Positions 58,663-64,000 of a stretch of DNA of 64,000 nucleotides are shown piece by piece (the stretch's first letter is position 1; the number at the start of each line of letters is the position of its first letter). The stretch spans positions 1,984,001 to 2,048,000 of the forward strand of contig CP147778.1 of assembly GCA_037305845.1 (NCBI GenBank). Direction: 5' to 3'. The notes under the pieces are model-generated. The model was not told the origin of the DNA. It did no database searches and saw only the letters and a list, made by a program, of their open reading frames with translations. A program made the position numbers and the translations under genes. Origin of the DNA: Candidatus Freyarchaeum deiterrae. Its GTDB lineage: Archaea; Asgardarchaeota; Jordiarchaeia; Jordiarchaeales; Jordiarchaeaceae.

Positions 58663-59754
58663 CTATGAGTTGGAATTCGTTTTTTTATCTAAAATGCTCT
58701 CTAATTTGTTTTTGAATTCAGAGAGTCCATTTAATGTGTCTTCTTTTGAAGCTATCAAGAAATCTTCGATGTTTGAAATCATTATATTTGTTTCTCTAGA
58801 CTTTGCGGCCTCGCCAGTTGTGATTATTGCCTTAACTATTTTTCTAGGCTTTTCATTTCTTTTCTGGTAGGCTTTTAAAATAGTTTCTTCTATTAAAGCC
58901 ATTTTACCTATACTCTTTATCGCATCATCGTATACCACCAGGTTGTAAGGCGCCAAATGTTTGCACTCAATAATTAGATAATTATCATCCTTTTCTGCAA
59001 TAACGTCAACTTCATGCCTTCCCCCTTCTACCCCATGAACTTCAACACTGAATAATGCATTCCACCCACTCTCCATAAGAGCTTTTGAGGCGTAGCCCTC
59101 TAACATAATTCCTTCCTCCCAAGCGATTAGGAAAACCTCATTTAACTTGTACACTGCAGTTTTAACAAGACGATGATCTTTTCCAAAACAGGGGCTCATT
59201 AGGTCTGATTTATTAGGACTTATAGCATAGCTTCCGCAATCTATACAAAATACTCCATATTCTATAGGTTTTAAAACGTCCTCCCCCATGTTTTCCGCAA
59301 CTTCTGCTACTTCTCTAGCCGCTTGGTAAATCGTCAAGTCTCGTCCATAAAGTTTAGATAGCCCCTGCCGGATGCTTTTAATTACTGCGAGATAATTGTT
59401 TAGAATACGACTGCCCGAGGGTGAAAATTTTTTCATTTCGCTCATTAACTCTTGCTCGGTAAACGATGATTCTAGACTTACTAGTAATCCCGACTCTATC
59501 GGGTACATGGAGAAGTCCTCGGGATTTACCTCTCCCTTTTTTATCAGGGACCTAGGTTCGGCAACTGATATTTGCTTTGGGTTCATAAGAAAGAATATTC
59601 TACATTTTTCGTTTGTAATCATAATTCGGAAAACTTTCTGAAATAATTCTTTTAGTGACTCATTACTGAACTTGGTGATAAGATTCGAAAACTTACCATT
59701 TTCCACTCTTAAAATCTCTTTTTTCTCTGGAAATAAAAACTCAGACAAGGCCAA
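58663..59754 (-). CDS. Protein with C-terminal PD-(D/E)xK restriction-endonuclease-like domain and central Cys motif
   Basis: LEGY, G..G.RHEVDV.A......IIECK; CIDC...PC. Confidence 0.7.
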   Translation of the reverse strand: MALSEFLFPEKKEILRVENGKFSNLITKFSNESLKELFQKVFRIMITNEKCRIFFLMNPKQISVAEPRSLIKKGEVNPEDFSMYPIESGLLVSLESSFTEQELMSEMKKFSPSGSRILNNYLAVIKSIRQGLSKLYGRDLTIYQAAREVAEVAENMGEDVLKPIEYGVFCIDCGSYAISPNKSDLMSPCFGKDHRLVKTAVYKLNEVFLIAWEEGIMLEGYASKALMESGWNALFSVEVHGVEGGRHEVDVIAEKDDNYLIIECKHLAPYNLVVYDDAIKSIGKMALIEETILKAYQKRNEKPRKIVKAIITTGEAAKSRETNIMISNIEDFLIASKEDTLNGLSEFKNKLESILDKKTNSNS

Positions 59755-60271
59755 ATCCTCGGTGACAGTACTTGATTTAAGATAACTATGAAAAATATCA
59801 TTGGCGCCTTAAATATATATATCGAGGAATAAGAGTATGATCTCTCCATTATTTTTTTTGTAAACGGCAAATATTGCTCAATACATTCCTTCTTTACTTT
59901 TCTTATTTTTCTCTCAATAGCTTTTGTAAGGGTGTATTCTTTTATATTATTGGGTAATTTGAAAACTCCCTTGTTATTTCTCAAAAAATAAAGCGTATAG
60001 CGTTTGATGGCAAATGGCGGGAGTGCAAGATAAATAATTAGTTATCGAAAAGTTGAGGCGCGTTTTATAAGTAATTTATTAATACTTTTTCTGATTTTTA
60101 AATTACGTACTAAATATATATTATACTTGAAATTAATTTTTGTAGCATTAGCACGAAATCCTTTAATATGTAAATTTCTCTTTTATTACTAAAGTGAGAA
60201 TCATATTTTTGGAAAGCCTTATCCGAGAATTAAAAATTATTTAAATTTCCAATAATAAGTGGTGAAGTAAT

Positions 60272-61525
60272 ATGCATTGGCTCCGCAGAACCAAAGATGC
60301 TAGCAGAGGGGTTAGGGACGAATTCGAAATTACCTATAAAGATTTGAGTGAGAGAGCTAGTAGACTGCCCGATGATAAACCGGCTGAGTTGGCAAAGATT
60401 TTCAATTGCCCAATTAGTTTATGTAAAGTTGCTTATCTACTAGAACTAGATGGTGTTATGCGTGCCGAAAAGGCATTAGAACTAATTTTATGGGAATACG
60501 ATAGAAGAAAACAGATAGGTAACCCCGTTGTACCAGTAGTATCCTATGAATATGACTTCGCTGCACAAGAAGGCAGATGGATAGAATACCTCTACAGCGA
60601 CATATTTAGGAAATTACAAAACACTAGGGAGCTCTATAATTTAGAAAAGGTTATAGAAGGAGAGACCAGTATCCCGGTTGAGAACGTAATGTACATTTTA
60701 CAAGAGAGAAGAAAGCTCGCGGAGACTTACCTGGTACCTGTAATAATGAAATGGAAAAAAACACACGAAGCATCTAATAATAATGATGCAGCTATTAATT
60801 TCTGCGCTGCAGCCCTTAAATGCACCCACTCGGAGGCAATTCTTGCTTTACAGCAAGCAAAAAGAAGGTTAATAAGAGTACTCAGAAAATTTTCAGAATC
60901 CTTTGAGCATTCTCCGGATAAAAGCCTTTTCGATGCTGATGCTAAACTTCAACAGCCTTCACTAAGCAGAGTAAAGAAATCTGAGGAAGTTGTTAGCCCC
61001 TTAGAAAAAATTTACGAACTTATAGATGATTTGGAAAAGTCTTTACCGGCAATGTCTACATACGCAGTTGCTGAGATAATTTTGGAAGTTACTCCCAAAC
61101 CCATCGGTGTGGAGTCGACAGTTGGAGTTTCAGACTATCTGATTGTGACCCCTCCCATAATGCGAGACGGTATGGTGGGTCCTGATCTCAAAGAGCCAAG
61201 TGATTTTCTAGAAAGAGATATTGTTTTTGCGAAGAGAAGAGTATTAGCGGTCAGAGACAACTACTTACGAGAGCGGGTAAGAAAAGTGCATAAGGCGTTA
61301 CTAAATAAGGGTCAAGGAATAGAGGAAAGTGGCGCCTGGATTTTGTATAAAGTAGCTCAAGACTTTAATCTGCCTCCAATATCAGCTGAAGATGCTTTAA
61401 AATACGTAAAGAAGGAACTGGAAAACAAGGAGGGAGACCTCTCCGAATTGGTAGAGAAAATAATTACCGATTACCTGTGGGATAAAATAGTTTTGCCAAT
61501 ACAAATACAGGAGAAGGAGCAATAA
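60272..61525 (+). CDS. Hypothetical alpha-helical protein
   Basis: 417-aa ORF with GGTGA RBS; no motif recognised. Confidence 0.75.
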   Translation: MHWLRRTKDASRGVRDEFEITYKDLSERASRLPDDKPAELAKIFNCPISLCKVAYLLELDGVMRAEKALELILWEYDRRKQIGNPVVPVVSYEYDFAAQEGRWIEYLYSDIFRKLQNTRELYNLEKVIEGETSIPVENVMYILQERRKLAETYLVPVIMKWKKTHEASNNNDAAINFCAAALKCTHSEAILALQQAKRRLIRVLRKFSESFEHSPDKSLFDADAKLQQPSLSRVKKSEEVVSPLEKIYELIDDLEKSLPAMSTYAVAEIILEVTPKPIGVESTVGVSDYLIVTPPIMRDGMVGPDLKEPSDFLERDIVFAKRRVLAVRDNYLRERVRKVHKALLNKGQGIEESGAWILYKVAQDFNLPPISAEDALKYVKKELENKEGDLSELVEKIITDYLWDKIVLPIQIQEKEQ

Positions 61526-61526
61526 T

Positions 61527-62294
61527 TTGGAAGAACATGTGTTATTCTGGCTCATGGATATGGAGATTCCAGATTTGAACTTTGAATTTGGGAGAGCGAA
61601 TTTTCAGGGCAATGTACTAATAACCTCAAGACAGCTCTGGTCTCTGCTGAAGGACTCCACAGTAAGATCCTGCCTTATAGGGCCTGGAATAGTTTTAGGT
61701 GATGCTGAGGTTTTAGGTAAACCGGTGCGTGTGGAAGAGCGGATAGGAATAATAATCTTCGACCCCACAGAAATGAGATTGGATAATCCAACTCCACTTG
61801 TTAATATAATAAGCCCCGAAGTGTTTGATCCTTTGGAATCCTCAAACAGTAAAGAGATAGAAAGAATAATAGAGAATATCTCAGTTCAAAAAGGGAAAAT
61901 ACTAGTCCCAGAGGAGTTAACCAAGGTTAAACACCGAGCAGCTATACCCATCACTATGGGGCGTGAAATAAGTCTCATCAAAGCAAAAGTAAACCTCGTT
62001 ACTGGTGTAGACAAAGCGAGGTTTGTTCTTGGAGGAAAGGAGAGAGCAATATACGGTCCCCTCGCAAAAGGACTAAAAGAACATAAATTTCACGAATATG
62101 AACGTGCTAAGATTCTTAAAGCCGATGCTCGAAAATTCGAGAAATTTAGTAGAAAAAACATAGAACCAGACTGGACCATCATAGAACAGTACCCAAAAAT
62201 CTCATCAAAAAGCGATGCTTTCGACCAGTTCCTAAAAGAATACCAAACAGTACTCGATACGTTGTACAAACACCCAGAATCGTTCATATACTAG
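61527..62294 (+). CDS. Hypothetical protein
   Basis: 255-aa ORF starting 1 nt after the previous stop. Confidence 0.7.
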   Translation: MEEHVLFWLMDMEIPDLNFEFGRANFQGNVLITSRQLWSLLKDSTVRSCLIGPGIVLGDAEVLGKPVRVEERIGIIIFDPTEMRLDNPTPLVNIISPEVFDPLESSNSKEIERIIENISVQKGKILVPEELTKVKHRAAIPITMGREISLIKAKVNLVTGVDKARFVLGGKERAIYGPLAKGLKEHKFHEYERAKILKADARKFEKFSRKNIEPDWTIIEQYPKISSKSDAFDQFLKEYQTVLDTLYKHPESFIY

Positions 62295-62424
62295 TTTCTC
62301 AAGCAAAAAAAGAATCCTAGTTCATTATGTATAAGATAATTTTCTAGCTAAACCTTTCCTGAATAGAAACTTTTTTTACTTCGAAGAACACGATTAAACA
62401 AAACGAATTTACGAGGAAGACTAA

Positions 62425-63087
62425 ATGAGGGTGGTAATTTATCCCTCAGCATTATCAAAAATTATAGATTTCGCCGGGATTAACACAAGAAGAGAAGCCG
62501 CCGGTTTTCTAATAGGGAAATATGCTGAAGACCAACTCATAATAACCGATAGCACAATGACCAAACACTCGGGCACTGCGGGCCACGTAGTTGTGGAAGA
62601 TACGGAGATGGCGGAAGTAGCAGATGAATTAAGCAGTAGTGGAGGTAACGAAATTATAGTCGGATGGTGGCACAGTCACCCTGGATTAGGCGCCAAATTC
62701 ATGTCCGGAACAGATGTGGCCACCCAACAAAAATACCAAAAAATGTTCCCCCACGCCCTGGCTCTCGTAATCGACCCTGTTAAATTCTTACAAACAGGAA
62801 AAATTGAAGATTTAGATTATAAATGCTACACCCTAGTCGATAAAAATTATGAGTCACTGGAAGCAAAAATCGCCGACGACCAGAACGAAATCCTGATAAC
62901 TACATTCAAATCAATAAAAAGTCTCAGAAAAGATCTTCAAAGAGTTATCGAAAAAACCCACGAAATAAGAAATGCTTTCGAAGTCCCAGAAAAAATCAGA
63001 AACACTAACGAAGCCCACATAATAATACTCGCCCTATGGACAATAGCATTTGCAATAACCCTCACTCTAATCATCCTCAGTCTATAA
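62425..63087 (+). CDS. JAB1/MPN+ (JAMM) metallo-isopeptidase with coiled coil and C-terminal TM anchor
   Basis: E..GFLIG, IVGWWHSHPG, MSGTD..TQ..YQ, ALVIDP; terminal IIILALWTIAFAITLTLIILSL. Confidence 0.92.
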   Translation: MRVVIYPSALSKIIDFAGINTRREAAGFLIGKYAEDQLIITDSTMTKHSGTAGHVVVEDTEMAEVADELSSSGGNEIIVGWWHSHPGLGAKFMSGTDVATQQKYQKMFPHALALVIDPVKFLQTGKIEDLDYKCYTLVDKNYESLEAKIADDQNEILITTFKSIKSLRKDLQRVIEKTHEIRNAFEVPEKIRNTNEAHIIILALWTIAFAITLTLIILSL

Positions 63088-63176
63088 ACTACTTAGACTT
63101 TTTAAGGAATGGTTTGCTCCACTGCTCTTTGCCGCTCTAATAATCTTTATTAGCCGCCGCTTTTATATGGCATTAC

Positions 63177-63800
63177 ATGCCATATAGATTCAATTTTGAC
63201 TTCACGGAGATATCCGAACCATTATTTGATGAAATAGCAAAACTTTTTGAGGGCGACGAGCACGAAGGAATCGGAAGTAAAGCAAGATACCTAGTTGAAA
63301 AATTTAAGGTGCCCGAACTTACTGGACTGCCAATCCCCGCTGCTGTCAAAGTTGTTAAAGATATTATGAACAACTATGTCGAAAATATCTCGCATAGAGA
63401 TGAATTCCTAAGAGCTAAAAAGAGAGCTTTATTCCTCCCGCACTGTTCCAGAAAATACATGGACAGCAGATGCAAAGCCATATTCGATAAGGGAACAGCC
63501 TCATATAGGTGCATGCACTGCTCTCCTGATTGCAAAGTCAACAATGCAACAACCCTCGGCGAGAAAAAGGGTTACGCTGTCTACGTCTTGCCAGGAGGTT
63601 CGTGTATAGCGAAGATAATGAAGGGTAAAGCGCACGATGGCATTGTTGGAGTAGCTTGCTGCGATGAAATAAAACTAGGCCGTAACTACTTAAAAACAAT
63701 GGATGTGCCATCCCAAGGCGTCCCCCTGATGAAGAATGGATGCTGCGAAACAAATTTCAGTTTGAAAATATTGAAACGCGTCTTGGAAAAAGGAACATAA
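63177..63800 (+). CDS. DUF116 family Cys-rich protein
   Basis: LFLPHC.R...C, C.HC...C, VLPGGS, IVGVAC..E, L..NGC..T. Confidence 0.85.
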   Translation: MPYRFNFDFTEISEPLFDEIAKLFEGDEHEGIGSKARYLVEKFKVPELTGLPIPAAVKVVKDIMNNYVENISHRDEFLRAKKRALFLPHCSRKYMDSRCKAIFDKGTASYRCMHCSPDCKVNNATTLGEKKGYAVYVLPGGSCIAKIMKGKAHDGIVGVACCDEIKLGRNYLKTMDVPSQGVPLMKNGCCETNFSLKILKRVLEKGT

Positions 63801-64000
63801 CCTAACAAGGGATCTCTTCACGAAATCTATAATAAAATTTTGAACGTTTTAAACTATCATAATCTCATGCCACTTTTCCATTAAACAAATGGAATTTACA
63901 TACGATATACTTGTTATTCAACATTCAATATTTTCCTAGCGGTATCTAACTGTTTCTCCTTCTTCCTTCTATGATTCTTTATCCATGAAAATATTAAGTC

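Noticed and set aside
1-64000. rRNA, tRNA, CRISPR arrays, transposases, a cullin gene, and the remaining short antisense ORFs in the track
   Set aside because: None recognised by eye, and the short antisense ORFs lie inside well-supported genes. A tRNAscan/Rfam/HMM run is needed to exclude split tRNAs, sRNAs or a remote cullin fold.

Overview
This is a gene-dense archaeal chromosomal window, almost certainly from an Asgard archaeon (inferred from gene content; the lineage cannot be fixed from this window). Housekeeping genes are archaeal: pyrG (5' part), PolB1, two thermosome subunits, rpoK, nreA, Ard1, carAB, pyrE and a Sec11-type signal peptidase. Alongside these are many eukaryotic-signature proteins (ESPs). 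(1) A 1.1-9.3 kb island holds a RING E3 - ubiquitin precursor - E2 - E1 cluster. The RING has an Rbx1/Apc11-like N-terminal strand. Neighbours are a mu-adaptin-homology-like protein, an ARPC4-like protein and an IFT52 GIFT-like protein with a steadiness-box-like tail. (2) A 17.4-21.4 kb Fe-S locus has TusA, an IscS whose PLP lysine is replaced by Asp, and IscU fused to an FNR-type flavoprotein. (3) A 53.2-55.5 kb operon encodes a uDENN/longin-winged-helix protein, a longin-fused Arf-like GTPase and a small amphipathic-helix protein. (4) Near the right end are Ost5/TMEM258-like and HeH-containing membrane proteins and a tail-anchored JAMM isopeptidase. Also seen: an identical 17-bp promoter element upstream of both chaperone loci, a frameshifted hsp20, a probable non-AUG start for the E2, and an unannotated 53-aa zinc-finger ORF. 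No rRNA, tRNA, CRISPR array or transposase was recognised. All homology calls are by-eye motif comparisons with remembered family consensus sequences; no database search was run.
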